Part shown: in pieces, positions 1 through 9,906 of the stretch
Position numbering within the stretch: the stretch's first letter is position 1
Layout: each line of letters opens with the position of its first letter
Made by a program: the position numbers and the translations under genes
Notes under the pieces: model-generated
Seen by the model: only the letters and a program-made list of their open reading frames with translations
What the model was told of the DNA's origin: nothing
The model's database searches: none
Assembly: GCA_051532055.1 (NCBI GenBank)
Contig: JAOPTX010000066.1
Coordinates: forward strand, 1 to 44,286
Direction: 5' to 3'
DNA: 44,286 nt
DNA from: Fibrobacterales bacterium
Lineage (GTDB): Bacteria; Fibrobacterota; Fibrobacteria; Fibrobacterales; JAOPTW01

Positions 1-203
1 AAACCACGTTTAGGAAGACGTTGTTGAAGCGGCATTTGGCCACCTTCAAAACGTAGTTTACCCTTACCAGAACTCTTACGAGCTACGGCACCTTTCTGAC
101 CACGTCCACAAGTTTTACCAATACCAGATCCGTTTCCACGTCCTTTTCTACGGCTTGATTTAACTTTTGAACCACCAGGGTTTAATGTTGAGAGAGTAAC
201 CAT
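1..203 (-). CDS. rplO: 50S ribosomal protein L15 (partial, runs off window start)
   Basis: Manual translation from ATG at 203: [38 protein letters not shown]...[17 protein letters not shown]; follows rpmD; absent from ORF track because truncated. Confidence 0.96.
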   Translation of the reverse strand, partial: MVTLSTLNPGGSKVKSSRRKGRGNGSGIGKTCGRGQKGAVARKSSGKGKLRFEGGQMPLQQRLPKRG

Positions 204-205
204 TC

Positions 206-382
206 TTATAATTCCTTAACTTCTACCAGATGAGCTACAGTTCTTACCATACCTTTGATCTGGTCGGTAAATTCTTTTTCAACTGTATGATTAATTCTTC
301 TTAATCCCAAAGCTACCAAAGTTGCTTTTTGGTTGGCTTTGTTACCAATTCCACTTTTAACTTGTTTAATTTGTACTTTCAT
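206..382 (-). CDS. rpmD: 50S ribosomal protein L30
   Basis: [13 protein letters not shown]...[13 protein letters not shown] at 382 preferred over the track start at 412, which overlaps rpsE. Confidence 0.95.
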   Translation of the reverse strand: MKVQIKQVKSGIGNKANQKATLVALGLRRINHTVEKEFTDQIKGMVRTVAHLVEVKEL

Positions 383-386
383 AATC

Positions 387-866
387 CTATGCCAGTTGTC
401 TAAGCTTAGCAAATTGCTGCTTTGTTTTTTGTTCAGTTAACCCTTTAACAGTTGCTTTAACAACATTAAGTGGGCTTGTTGATCCAAATACTTTAGTTAG
501 AATATTGTGGACACCTGCAAGTTCGAGAACTGCACGAGCAGATGCACCTGAAATTACTCCAGTACCTGCTGATGCTGGTCTCATGAAAATATAGGTAGCA
601 CCATATTTTGTTTTACTTTCGTGAGGAATAGTTCCTTCAAGAATGGTAACAGTTCTAACGTTTTTAAACGCTGCTTCAGTACCTTTACGAATAGCTTCTG
701 AAACCTCATTAGCTTTACCAGTACCGTAACCAATTTTTCCGTCTTGATTTCCAACAACAACTAGTGCGCTGAAACTAAAACGTCTACCACCTTTAACCAC
801 TTTTGCACAACGGTTAATGTGTACTACTCTTTCTTCAAATTCTGATTTATTCAATTCGTTTACCAC
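387..866 (-). CDS. rpsE: 30S ribosomal protein S5
   Basis: [23 protein letters not shown] motif; operon position. Confidence 0.98.
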   Translation of the reverse strand: MVNELNKSEFEERVVHINRCAKVVKGGRRFSFSALVVVGNQDGKIGYGTGKANEVSEAIRKGTEAAFKNVRTVTILEGTIPHESKTKYGATYIFMRPASAGTGVISGASARAVLELAGVHNILTKVFGSTSPLNVVKATVKGLTEQKTKQQFAKLRQLA

Positions 867-877
867 ATTGACCTCTA

Positions 878-1249
878 TTAAAATTTTAATCCAGCTTCTC
901 TAGCTGAATCAGCAAAAGCTTTAACTCGACCATGATAGAGATATCCGCCACGATCAAAAACCACTTCTTCAACACCATTAGATTTTGCTTTTTCGGCAAT
1001 AAGAGATCCGAGTTTTATACTCTGCTCTGTTTTGCTCAACGAACCAAATTCTTTTTGGAAATCTTTTGAATCAGTTGTAACTTGAGCGATAGATTTGCCG
1101 TTTACATCATCAATAAGTTGTGCTACGATGTTTTTTATACTTCTTTTAATAGCTAAACGAGGCTTTGCTGCAGAACCAGAAATTGTTTTTCTGATTCTGT
1201 TATGGCGTGCTTTTCTCGCTTCTACGCGTTTTTTTGCAATCTTTGACAT
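878..1249 (-). CDS. rplR: 50S ribosomal protein L18
   Basis: [28 protein letters not shown]. Confidence 0.98.
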   Translation of the reverse strand: MSKIAKKRVEARKARHNRIRKTISGSAAKPRLAIKRSIKNIVAQLIDDVNGKSIAQVTTDSKDFQKEFGSLSKTEQSIKLGSLIAEKAKSNGVEEVVFDRGGYLYHGRVKAFADSAREAGLKF

Positions 1250-1256
1250 ACTCTAC

Positions 1257-1796
1257 CTATTTACCGGCCTTCTTACCTTGTTTTCTCAGAATCTGCTCGC
1301 CTTCATAGTGAATGCCTTTACCTTTATAAGGTTCAGGTCTACGCCAGTTTCTGATTTCTGAAGCAATTTGACCAACTTGTTGTTTATCAATACCAGATAC
1401 AACTATTTTGTTTGTACCTTCTGCTTTTAATGTTATACCTTCAGGTGCTGCTACAGGTACTGGATGTGAAAATCCGAGAAGTATATTAAGGTTTTTACCT
1501 TTTTGCTCAACTCGATATCCAACTCCAACAATATTCAAAGTTTTTGAAAAACCTTCGGTTACTCCAGTAACCATATTTTGAACATTTGCACGTGATGTAC
1601 CGTGAATACTTCTTTCAAACGGAGCATCACCTGTACGAGTCAACACTACTTCATTTTCATTCTGTTCAATAGCAATATTTTCATGAACTGTATATGAAAG
1701 TTTGCCTTTTGGACCTTCAACAGCTATGTCCTGACCAGAAACAGTAGCTTTCACTTTATCTGGGATTACTATTGGTGCTCTTCCAACTCTTGACAT
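1257..1796 (-). CDS. rplF: 50S ribosomal protein L6
   Basis: MSRVGRAPI...RRPEPYKGKGI; start at ATG 1796. Confidence 0.97.
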   Translation of the reverse strand: MSRVGRAPIVIPDKVKATVSGQDIAVEGPKGKLSYTVHENIAIEQNENEVVLTRTGDAPFERSIHGTSRANVQNMVTGVTEGFSKTLNIVGVGYRVEQKGKNLNILLGFSHPVPVAAPEGITLKAEGTNKIVVSGIDKQQVGQIASEIRNWRRPEPYKGKGIHYEGEQILRKQGKKAGK

Positions 1797-1803
1797 AATT
1801 CCT

Positions 1804-2199
1804 CTACCAAACCTTACAGATGACTTCGCCACCTACTTTTTGTGCTCTACACTCTTTGTTAGTCATCATTCCACTTGAAGTAGAAACGATAGAATAACCG
1901 AGACCATTCAATACTTTTGGAAGCTCATCGCTACCAACATATTTACGGTGACCAGGTGTACTCACTTTCACAATTCCTTGAATTGAAGACTCACCGTCAA
2001 CATATTTCAAAAGAACTTTCATTAAACCTTGTTTGTTGTCATTTACTACAACAAACTTTTTTATAAAACCCTTTTCGCGTAGTATTTCAGCAATCTTAAT
2101 TTTCATTTTCGATGCTGGAATTTCTACTGTAGGCTTTTTTGCTCGGGTCGCATTTCTGATGCGGGTGAGCATATCTGCAATTGGATCACTCATTGACAT
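1804..2199 (-). CDS. rpsH: 30S ribosomal protein S8
   Basis: DPIADMLTRIRNA...GGEVICKVW. Confidence 0.98.
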   Translation of the reverse strand: MSMSDPIADMLTRIRNATRAKKPTVEIPASKMKIKIAEILREKGFIKKFVVVNDNKQGLMKVLLKYVDGESSIQGIVKVSTPGHRKYVGSDELPKVLNGLGYSIVSTSSGMMTNKECRAQKVGGEVICKVW

Positions 2200-2212
2200 A
2201 AACTTCTCCCTT

Positions 2213-2398
2213 TTACCAGCTAGCTTTTGTTACGCCAGGTATATCACCGGCTAGTGCTAACTCTCTAAAACAAATACGGCAGATACCGAAACGACGAATG
2301 TATGCATGTGGACGACCACATTTGTTACATCTGTTGTAACCTCTTACTGCGAACTTAGGCGTTCTCTTATTCTTTTCTATTAATGCTCTTCTAGCCAT
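2213..2398 (-). CDS. rpsN: 30S ribosomal protein S14, zinc-binding type Z
   Basis: 61 aa, RCNKCGRP...CRICFRE (two CxxC motifs). Confidence 0.97.
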   Translation of the reverse strand: MARRALIEKNKRTPKFAVRGYNRCNKCGRPHAYIRRFGICRICFRELALAGDIPGVTKASW

Positions 2399-2399
2399 A

Positions 2400-2939
2400 T
2401 TACTTCCTAAATGGTAATCCTAACTCAGTTAATAGTGCACGTCCTTGTTCATCATTTTCTGCAGATGTTACAAACGAGATGTCCATTCCTAGAGTATTGT
2501 TTACTTTGTCATAATCAATTTCTGTAAAGATAGTCTGCTCTTTTACACCCATGGTGTAATTGCCTCTACCATCAAAGCCCTTACGCGATATACCGCGAAA
2601 GTCACGAGTACGTGGAAGGGAAACATTGATAAAACGTTCGAGAAATTCCCACATTTTATCACCATGGAGAGTAACCTTAGCACCAATAGCTATGTTTTCA
2701 CGAAGTTTAAAGTTCGATATAGCTTTTTTAGCACGAGTAGTAACCGCTTTTTGTCCAGTGATTGCAGTGAGAGTATCAACTGCTTCTTCAACAATACGTG
2801 GATTTTTTGTTGCTGAGCCGAGACCCATATTTAAAACGATCTTCTCAAGTTTTGGAACTTGCATCACGTTGCCAAGAGCCAAATCATCTTTGAGCTTTGG
2901 TACGATCTCGTTTCTGTATCTTTCCTTAAGCATTAGCAC
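2400..2939 (-). CDS. rplE: 50S ribosomal protein L5
   Basis: [12 protein letters not shown]...[10 protein letters not shown]; start is GTG 2939 or ATG 2933. Confidence 0.97.
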   Translation of the reverse strand: MLMLKERYRNEIVPKLKDDLALGNVMQVPKLEKIVLNMGLGSATKNPRIVEEAVDTLTAITGQKAVTTRAKKAISNFKLRENIAIGAKVTLHGDKMWEFLERFINVSLPRTRDFRGISRKGFDGRGNYTMGVKEQTIFTEIDYDKVNNTLGMDISFVTSAENDEQGRALLTELGLPFRK

Positions 2940-2970
2940 TTTTCCTTTATCTAATAAGCGAGTCTACAGA

Positions 2971-3210
2971 CTACTTATCCGATTTTGCCTTTTTTCCTAC
3001 CAATTTAACATTTGAAATGTGAATTGGTGCTTCTTCTTCTATAATTCCGCCCTGAGGATTAGCTTGTGATGGTTTTTGGTGTTTTTTAACAATATTCACA
3101 CCTTCAATAACAACCTTATCACCTATTACTTGAGTAACACTGCCCTCTTGGCCTTTACTTTTTCCAGTAATTACTTTTACTGTATCTTCTCTTCTAATTT
3201 TTACTGACAT
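2971..3210 (-). CDS. rplX: 50S ribosomal protein L24 (short form)
   Basis: KOW-like [27 protein letters not shown]. Confidence 0.96.
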   Translation of the reverse strand: MSVKIRREDTVKVITGKSKGQEGSVTQVIGDKVVIEGVNIVKKHQKPSQANPQGGIIEEEAPIHISNVKLVGKKAKSDK

Positions 3211-3581
3211 TATAATACCTCAGGAGCAAGTGATACAATTTTCATGTATTTCTTTTCACGAAGTTCTCTAGCAACTGGGCCAAAGATCCGTGTACCACGT
3301 GGTTCACTATTTGCTGGGTTGATAAGAACGATAGCGTTATCAGAAAAGCGGATTGATGTTCCATCTTTTCTGTTTACTTCTTTAGCAGTTCTAACAACCA
3401 CACCTTTCTCAACAGAACCTTTTTTCACCCGTCCACCAGGTATAGCGCTTTTAACAGCTACTACGATTATATCGCCTACCGTCGCGTAACGTCTTTTAGA
3501 TCCACCAAGAACTCTGATACACATAACTTCTTTAGCACCACTATTGTCGGCTACATTTAATCTTGTTTGTACTTGAATCAT
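3210..3581 (-). CDS. rplN: 50S ribosomal protein L14
   Basis: [16 protein letters not shown]...[10 protein letters not shown]. Confidence 0.99.
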   Translation of the reverse strand: MIQVQTRLNVADNSGAKEVMCIRVLGGSKRRYATVGDIIVVAVKSAIPGGRVKKGSVEKGVVVRTAKEVNRKDGTSIRFSDNAIVLINPANSEPRGTRIFGPVARELREKKYMKIVSLAPEVL

Positions 3582-3582
3582 A

Positions 3583-3837
3583 TTACTTAGCTCTTTCTAT
3601 TACTTTGGTTAAACGCCATCTTTTAGCTTTACTTAAAGGACGAGTCTCCATCACTTCAACAGTATCACCAATATGTGCTTCGTTCGCTTCATCATGAGCT
3701 TTAATTTTATTAGTCGAAGTCATGATTTTACCATAAAGGGGGTGTTTCTTTTTGTTCTCAATCACAACAGTGATAGTTTTTTCCATTTTATCACTGGAAA
3801 CAACACCAACTCTTACTTTTCTTACACCTCTTTCCAT
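3583..3837 (-). CDS. rpsQ: 30S ribosomal protein S17
   Basis: [11 protein letters not shown]...[11 protein letters not shown]. Confidence 0.98.
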   Translation of the reverse strand: MERGVRKVRVGVVSSDKMEKTITVVIENKKKHPLYGKIMTSTNKIKAHDEANEAHIGDTVEVMETRPLSKAKRWRLTKVIERAK

Positions 3838-3838
3838 A

Positions 3839-4030
3839 TTAAGCTACTGCCTTTTCTTTCAAGATTGTTTTAATTCTCGCAATATCTTTACGAGTTTTAG
3901 CAATCACTGATGGATTATCTAATGATCCCATTTTTGATTTAAACTTTTGATCAAAAAGCGCATCATCAAGCTCTTTAAGTTTTTCGTTCAACTGGTCTAA
4001 ACCCAGTTCTCTCAATTCACTTGCTTTCAT
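3839..4030 (-). CDS. rpmC: 50S ribosomal protein L29
   Basis: MKASELR...[11 protein letters not shown]. Confidence 0.97.
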   Translation of the reverse strand: MKASELRELGLDQLNEKLKELDDALFDQKFKSKMGSLDNPSVIAKTRKDIARIKTILKEKAVA

Positions 4031-4449
4031 TATCGCTCCAATGCCTCAACAATTTTAACTTTGATAGGAAGTTTTTGTGCGGCATTGTTCAAAGCTTCTC
4101 TTGCGAGCTCTGTCTCAACTCCACCCATTTCAAAAAGGATTCTTCCTGGACGAACCTCTGCTACCCATCCGTCTGGTGACCCCTTACCTTTACCCATACG
4201 AGTTTCAGCTGGTTTTGATGTTACTGGTTTGTCTGGAAATACACGAATCCAAACTCGGCCAGCACGTTTTACTTTACGTGTCATGGTAATACGGGCTGCT
4301 TCGATCTGTCTATTAGTCAGTTCACAAGCCTCAAGTGCTTGAATACCCAAATCACCAAAATCTACTGTTGTACCTCTTTGAGCAACGCCTCTTAAACGAC
4401 CTTTGCCCTTTTGTACTTTACGATGTCTAATTCTTTTTGGACTTAACAT
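4030..4449 (-). CDS. rplP: 50S ribosomal protein L16
   Basis: [24 protein letters not shown]. Confidence 0.99.
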   Translation of the reverse strand: MLSPKRIRHRKVQKGKGRLRGVAQRGTTVDFGDLGIQALEACELTNRQIEAARITMTRKVKRAGRVWIRVFPDKPVTSKPAETRMGKGKGSPDGWVAEVRPGRILFEMGGVETELAREALNNAAQKLPIKVKIVEALER

Positions 4450-5102
4450 TAGCTCGCAGCTCCAAGATCTAGGTTTTTACCGATAATTTCACCATTCATG
4501 ATCCATACTTTCACACCAATACATCCGTATACAGTGTGCGCAGTTGCGGTAGCATAGTCAATGTCTGCTCTAAGAGTATGTAGAGGAACTCGACCTTCAT
4601 GGTATTTTTCAGCACGTGCAATTTCAGCACCACCAAGTCGACCACTACAGTTAATTTTAATTCCTTCAACACCAAGTCTCATAGCTGCTGAAATTGCTTT
4701 TTTCATAGCGCGTCTAAAAGAGATACGTTTCTCTAATTGACGAGCAATATTTTCTGCAACAAGTTTTGCATTTATTTCAGGACGTTTGATCTCTCTGATA
4801 TTGATATAGATACCCTTACCAGTAAGATATTGAAGCTCGCCTTTAAGACGTTCTACTTCTTCACCACGTTTACCAATAACAATACCAGGGCGAGCAGTAA
4901 AAATGTTAACTACAACTTTTTTAACTGTTCTTTCAATAACAACTTTAGAGATTGAAGCATGTTCAAAACGCTTGAACAGGTATCTTCTAAGCATAACATC
5001 TTCGTAAAGAAGGTCAGCGAAGTTTTCTTCAGCGTACCAGTTAGAATTCCAACCTTTAACAATACCTAAGCGCAACCCTACTGGGTGTGTCTTCTGTCCC
5101 AT
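4449..5102 (-). CDS. rpsC: 30S ribosomal protein S3
   Basis: [13 protein letters not shown]...[14 protein letters not shown]. Confidence 0.99.
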   Translation of the reverse strand: MGQKTHPVGLRLGIVKGWNSNWYAEENFADLLYEDVMLRRYLFKRFEHASISKVVIERTVKKVVVNIFTARPGIVIGKRGEEVERLKGELQYLTGKGIYINIREIKRPEINAKLVAENIARQLEKRISFRRAMKKAISAAMRLGVEGIKINCSGRLGGAEIARAEKYHEGRVPLHTLRADIDYATATAHTVYGCIGVKVWIMNGEIIGKNLDLGAAS

Positions 5103-5103
5103 A

Positions 5104-5451
5104 CTATTTATCCCCGATTACAACGGTTACATGACTTGTTTTCTTAATAATTCTAAATGCACGACCCTGAGCTCTTGCTCTAATTCGTTTAATTTGTGGG
5201 CCACCATCAACTTTGATCTCAACAATGTTGAGGCTTTCAGTTGCAACTGATGCATCTTGATCTTTATCTTGAAAGTTTGCCACTGCTGACTTTAATACTT
5301 TTTCGAAGATCTCAGCACCTTTCTTAGTATTCTTAAGAAGTGCGAGGTCTGAGAATGCCAAATCAACTGGTTTTCCACGAAGTTCGTCAGCAATTTGACG
5401 AAGTTTTCTACAACTCATTCTTACAAAACGGGCTTGCGCTACTGCTTCCAT
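5104..5451 (-). CDS. rplV: 50S ribosomal protein L22
   Basis: [23 protein letters not shown]. Confidence 0.97.
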   Translation of the reverse strand: MEAVAQARFVRMSCRKLRQIADELRGKPVDLAFSDLALLKNTKKGAEIFEKVLKSAVANFQDKDQDASVATESLNIVEIKVDGGPQIKRIRARAQGRAFRIIKKTSHVTVVIGDK

Positions 5452-5729
5452 TAACGGCCTCCTTTTGCTTCTTTCTTTTTGTGAGTTCTGAAAGTACGGG
5501 TAGGTGCAAACTCACCGAGTTTGTGGCCAACCATGTTTTCAGATACGTATACAGGAATAAACTGTTTTCCATTGTACACTGAGAAAGTCAGACCAACAAA
5601 ATCAGGAATGATTGTTGAGCGGCGTGACCAAGTTTTAATAGCTGTCTTTTTAGTCGCTTCATTCATATCAGCTGCTTTTTTGATTAAGTAGCTATCAACA
5701 AATGCGCCTTTTTTACTTGACCTTGGCAT
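5451..5729 (-). CDS. rpsS: 30S ribosomal protein S19
   Basis: KTWSRRSTI...[13 protein letters not shown]. Confidence 0.99.
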   Translation of the reverse strand: MPRSSKKGAFVDSYLIKKAADMNEATKKTAIKTWSRRSTIIPDFVGLTFSVYNGKQFIPVYVSENMVGHKLGEFAPTRTFRTHKKKEAKGGR

Positions 5730-6569
5730 CTATTTCTTCCTCTTTTTAGGACGACGTTTAATGATAAATTTATCAGTCGCTTTATTATTTCTTGTTTTCC
5801 CACCTTTAGCAAGAACGCCCCATGGAGACACAGGATGTCCACCACCAGAGGTTTTACCTTCACCACCACCATGTGGGTGATCGACAGGATTCATCACAAC
5901 ACCACGAACTTTAGGTCTTTTTCCTAACCAGCGACTACGACCCGCTGAACCTGATACGATTTGGTTGTGTTCAATATTTCCTACTTGTCCTACAGTTGCC
6001 ATACATTCAGAACGAATGTACCGTACTTCACCAGAAGGCATTTTTACTTGAACCAAATCGCCTTCTTTAGCGATAAGCTCAGCACCGGTACCCGCTGAAC
6101 GAGCTATTTGAGCGCCTTTTCCTAATTTCATCTCAACATTGTTGACGACTGTATTTAAAGGAATTTGGCCAAGTGGCATTCTATTGCCAACTTTAAACTC
6201 AACATTGTTACCAGATATAATTTGCTCACCAACTTCAAGGTTTTTTGGAGCAACTATGTATGCTTTAACACCATCAGTATAAGTAACAAGTGCAATATTT
6301 GCTGTTCTATTTGGATCATACTCAATTGTTTCAACAGTAGCAGGAATCCCTACTTTGTTTCTTTTGAAATCAATAATACGATATGAACGTTTATGTCCAC
6401 CGCCGCGACGACGCATAGTGATACGGCCCTGATTATTTCTACCAGCATTCTTACTCAATCCCTCTGTGAGAGGTTTGTATGGAGCATTACCAGTAGTGAT
6501 TTCGGCAAAATCACTGATTTGTTTAAAGCGCTGTGTCGGCGTGATCGGTCTAAATGATTTTAATCCCAT
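5730..6569 (-). CDS. rplB: 50S ribosomal protein L2
   Basis: [27 protein letters not shown]. Confidence 0.99.
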   Translation of the reverse strand: MGLKSFRPITPTQRFKQISDFAEITTGNAPYKPLTEGLSKNAGRNNQGRITMRRRGGGHKRSYRIIDFKRNKVGIPATVETIEYDPNRTANIALVTYTDGVKAYIVAPKNLEVGEQIISGNNVEFKVGNRMPLGQIPLNTVVNNVEMKLGKGAQIARSAGTGAELIAKEGDLVQVKMPSGEVRYIRSECMATVGQVGNIEHNQIVSGSAGRSRWLGKRPKVRGVVMNPVDHPHGGGEGKTSGGGHPVSPWGVLAKGGKTRNNKATDKFIIKRRPKKRKK

Positions 6570-6572
6570 GAT

Positions 6573-6875
6573 TTACGCTGCCTCAAATTCAGAAATTGAC
6601 ATTCCTGGTTTTAGTTTCACATAGGCTTTTTTCCATTTTTTGGTTAAGCCCTGCTGTTGTCTAACTCTTTTCTTTTTACCACGATTGATGATTACATTAA
6701 CAGTATCAACTTTTACATCAAAACGTTTTTCAATAGCTTCTTTGATCTCTTGTTTGTTAGCATCTATGCCAACTTTGAAAGCGTATTTATAGATTCCAGC
6801 TTTCTCGTCAAGAAGAAATTCATTTGTTTTTTCTGTAAGATATGGCTCAACAATAACTCTGTGTAGAGGTTTCAT
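6573..6875 (-). CDS. rplW: 50S ribosomal protein L23
   Basis: PYLTEK...ANKQEIKEAIEKRFDVKV...WKKAYVKL. Confidence 0.96.
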   Translation of the reverse strand: MKPLHRVIVEPYLTEKTNEFLLDEKAGIYKYAFKVGIDANKQEIKEAIEKRFDVKVDTVNVIINRGKKKRVRQQQGLTKKWKKAYVKLKPGMSISEFEAA

Positions 6876-6877
6876 TA

Positions 6878-7498
6878 TTATTTCCCTCCGGTTAATATTT
6901 TGAGTGCTTCTTCTGTAAATACAATATTCTTAGCTCTAAGGAGTGAATATGTATTTACATCCTGAACACGCATAATGTTTGACCAGTGGTCATTACGTGC
7001 CGAAAGAAAACAATTCTCATCGCTCGGGGCTACCAATATTAGGCTTTTACCTTGAAGACCCATTGTATTTACGACATCTAAGAAAGCTTTTGTTTTTGGT
7101 GCTTCAAAAGCGAGTTTCTCAATAACATTTACGAGACCATCATTTGCTTTTGTTGTAAGCGCTGAGAGTAGTGCTCTCTGCTTAACTTTCTTATTTATTT
7201 TTTTAGTGTAGTCACGCGGAACTGGCCCATGCGCTGTACCACCACGTACCCAGATTGGAGACTTGTTTGAACCCGCTCGAGCTCTACCAGTACCTTTCTG
7301 TTTCCATGGTTTTGCACCACTACCAGAAACTTCAGATTTTGATTTAGACTTTGAAGTTCCTTGTCTTTGATTCGCGAGATATGCATTAACTGAAAGGTAC
7401 ATGCATGGCTCACTTACTTCTGCACTGAAATAGGTTACTGGTAAATCTAATTCAGATTTTGCAGAACCATCAGCTGCGTAAAATTTTGCTTTTGCCAT
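6878..7498 (-). CDS. rplD: 50S ribosomal protein L4
   Basis: KPWKQKGTGRARAGS. Confidence 0.98.
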   Translation of the reverse strand: MAKAKFYAADGSAKSELDLPVTYFSAEVSEPCMYLSVNAYLANQRQGTSKSKSKSEVSGSGAKPWKQKGTGRARAGSNKSPIWVRGGTAHGPVPRDYTKKINKKVKQRALLSALTTKANDGLVNVIEKLAFEAPKTKAFLDVVNTMGLQGKSLILVAPSDENCFLSARNDHWSNIMRVQDVNTYSLLRAKNIVFTEEALKILTGGK

Positions 7499-7500
7499 GA

Positions 7501-8118
7501 TTATCCTTTCCTTATCTCTATAAGACCATTTTTTGGTCCCGGAACTGCACCCTTAATAAACAAAAGGTTGCGTTCTGTATCAATTTTCACTACTGTCAAG
7601 TTTTTAACAGATACTCTCTTATTTCCGTAATGTCCAGGCATTTTTTTACCAGGGAATACACGTCCGGGGTAAGAACATGCACCAAGTGAACCTGGAGCTC
7701 TTACATTATGTGAACCGTGAGTACGTGGACCTTTTGCAAAGCCATAACGTTTGATTGTACCAGCGAAACCTCTACCCTTTGACGTGCCTGAAACAACTAC
7801 GTTTTCTACACCTTCAAAGATAGATACATCATAACTTTGACCAACTTTCCATTCTTCAGGATTTTCAGCAGCGAACTCTACAAGTGTTTTCTTTGGAGTT
7901 ACGTTAGCTTTTTTGAAGTGTCCTTCAAGTGGTTTACTAGTTCTTGATTGTTTCTTTTCTTTAAAACCTACCTGGAAAGAAGAATACCCTTCTTTCTCTT
8001 CAGTTTTTTGCTGAATAATATGACATGGTCCCGCTTCAAGAACAGTAACCGCAAGACGCTCACCACTTTCAGTGAAGACTTGAGTCATACCTATTTTTTT
8101 TCCAAGAATTCCGTTCAT
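7501..8118 (-). CDS. rplC: 50S ribosomal protein L3
   Basis: GKKIGMTQVF...SKGRGFAG...KGAVPG. Confidence 0.98.
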   Translation of the reverse strand: MNGILGKKIGMTQVFTESGERLAVTVLEAGPCHIIQQKTEEKEGYSSFQVGFKEKKQSRTSKPLEGHFKKANVTPKKTLVEFAAENPEEWKVGQSYDVSIFEGVENVVVSGTSKGRGFAGTIKRYGFAKGPRTHGSHNVRAPGSLGACSYPGRVFPGKKMPGHYGNKRVSVKNLTVVKIDTERNLLFIKGAVPGPKNGLIEIRKG

Positions 8119-8120
8119 TT

Positions 8121-8429
8121 CTATACCTTAATTTCTACTTCAACGCCTGCAGGAAGATCCAATTTCATAAGAGAATCTACTGTTTGAGGTGTTGCATCTA
8201 AAATATCAATAAGTCTTTTGTGTGTACGAGTTTCGAATTGTTCACGAGATTTTTTGTTTACGTGCACAGAACGTTGAATCGTATACTTTTGTATTTTTGT
8301 AGGCAGTGGCACTGGACCTGCGATTTTTGCATCAGTATTTTTTGCTGTTTTTACAATATCGCGAGCAGCCTTATCAATCATTCTATGATCGAATGATTTT
8401 AGCCTTATTCTGATTTTTTCACCAACCAT
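8121..8429 (-). CDS. rpsJ: 30S ribosomal protein S10
   Basis: [10 protein letters not shown]...[16 protein letters not shown]. Confidence 0.99.
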   Translation of the reverse strand: MVGEKIRIRLKSFDHRMIDKAARDIVKTAKNTDAKIAGPVPLPTKIQKYTIQRSVHVNKKSREQFETRTHKRLIDILDATPQTVDSLMKLDLPAGVEVEIKV

Positions 8430-8444
8430 TAATTGTTACTCCAA

Positions 8445-9635
8445 TTACTTAATAATTTCAGTAACAACACCAGCACCAACTGTTCTGCCACCTTCACGGA
8501 TTGCAAAACGGAGATCTTTGTCCATCGCGATATCCGCGATTAACTTACCTGTAATTGTTACATTGTCACCAGGCATGATCATCTCTACACCTTCTGGTAG
8601 GATTACTTCACCTGTTACATCTGTTGTACGGAAATAGAATTGTGGTCTGTATCCAGAGAAGAAAGGAGTATGACGCCCACCCTCATCTTTGCTCAACACA
8701 TAAATTTCCGCTTTAAATTCTGTATGTGGTGTGATTGAACCAGGAGCACAAAGTACTTGTCCACGATTGATGTCAGTTTTATCACATCCACGTAGAAGAA
8801 GTCCAACGTTATCACCAGCTTGTGCATCGTCCATAAGTTTACGGAACATTTCTACACCAGTCACAACAAATTCTTTAGTATCGCCGAGCCCAACGCGCTC
8901 AATTTTGTCATTCACGTTGATTACACCACGGTCAATTTTACCAGTCGCTACTGTACCACGACCTGTAATTGAGAATACATCCTCAACAGGCATAAGAAAT
9001 GGTTTTTCAGTATCACGAATTGGCTCTGGGATATATTCATCACAGTTTTTCATAAGCTCAAGGACTGAACCTTGACCAATTTCAGAAGAATCACCTTCAA
9101 GCGCCTTAAGAGCTGAACCAGCTACAAGCGGAAGATCATCACCTGGAAAGTCATACGAAGAGAGAAGTTCACGAACTTCCATTTCAACGAGCTCAAGAAG
9201 CTCTTCATCGTCAACCATATCTTTTTTATTAAGAAAAACACAAACAGCCGGTACACCAACTTGACGTGCAAGAAGAATGTGTTCACGAGTTTGAGGCATT
9301 GGTCCGTCAGTAGCAGCAACAACAAGAATAGCTCCATCCATTTGAGCAGCGCCAGTTACCATGTTTTTAACATAGTCAGCGTGACCCGGACAGTCAACGT
9401 GTGCATAGTGACGATTAGCAGTTTCATATTCAACGTGTGAAGTATTAATTGTAATACCACGCTCTTTTTCTTCAGGAGCGTTATCGATTTCGTCGAAGTT
9501 CTTTCTTTCACTAAAACCAGCATCAGCAAGTGTTACTGTGATAGCGGCAGTAAGAGTAGTTTTACCGTGGTCAACGTGACCAATAGTTCCAATGTTTACG
9601 TGCGGTTTATTTCGCTCGAATTTAGCTTTTGCCAT
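8445..9635 (-). CDS. tuf: Elongation factor Tu
   Basis: [32 protein letters not shown]. Confidence 0.99.
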   Translation of the reverse strand: MAKAKFERNKPHVNIGTIGHVDHGKTTLTAAITVTLADAGFSERKNFDEIDNAPEEKERGITINTSHVEYETANRHYAHVDCPGHADYVKNMVTGAAQMDGAILVVAATDGPMPQTREHILLARQVGVPAVCVFLNKKDMVDDEELLELVEMEVRELLSSYDFPGDDLPLVAGSALKALEGDSSEIGQGSVLELMKNCDEYIPEPIRDTEKPFLMPVEDVFSITGRGTVATGKIDRGVINVNDKIERVGLGDTKEFVVTGVEMFRKLMDDAQAGDNVGLLLRGCDKTDINRGQVLCAPGSITPHTEFKAEIYVLSKDEGGRHTPFFSGYRPQFYFRTTDVTGEVILPEGVEMIMPGDNVTITGKLIADIAMDKDLRFAIREGGRTVGAGVVTEIIK

Positions 9636-9750
9636 TTTTTCCTACTTTTTTCAGTCTTTTTGAGCCGTCTAAGGCTGGGTTTTGAAACGCTTCAAGTAAT
9701 TCTTTTGCAACAAAAGGTAGAGGAAGCTTTACCATTTGTTAGAGTGCGAG

Positions 9751-9782
9751 CAAATATAGTATAAGTAGTGCTAAGTCGTCAA
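9751..9782 (-). promoter_or_regulatory. Putative promoter of the tuf-S10-spc operon
   Basis: Minus strand TTGACG-N18-TATATT(TG), about 115 nt upstream of tuf. Confidence 0.6.
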
Positions 9783-9906
9783 GGTACTTTTTATGTTTTT
9801 TTTGTTGTAACTCTAATATTATCAAGCTTTTGAGAAATTGTGGCCTATTTGCATCAAAAAGTACATTAGGTCGTCAAAGTTATTGAATTATATAGAGATA
9901 CAACAG

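Noticed and set aside
1095..9764. Many plus-strand and alternate-frame ORFs over the ribosomal protein genes and tuf
   Set aside because: Antisense shadows of highly biased genes; no motifs recognised
9636..9906. tRNA genes upstream of tuf
   Set aside because: No cloverleaf or T-loop (GTTCGA) pattern found
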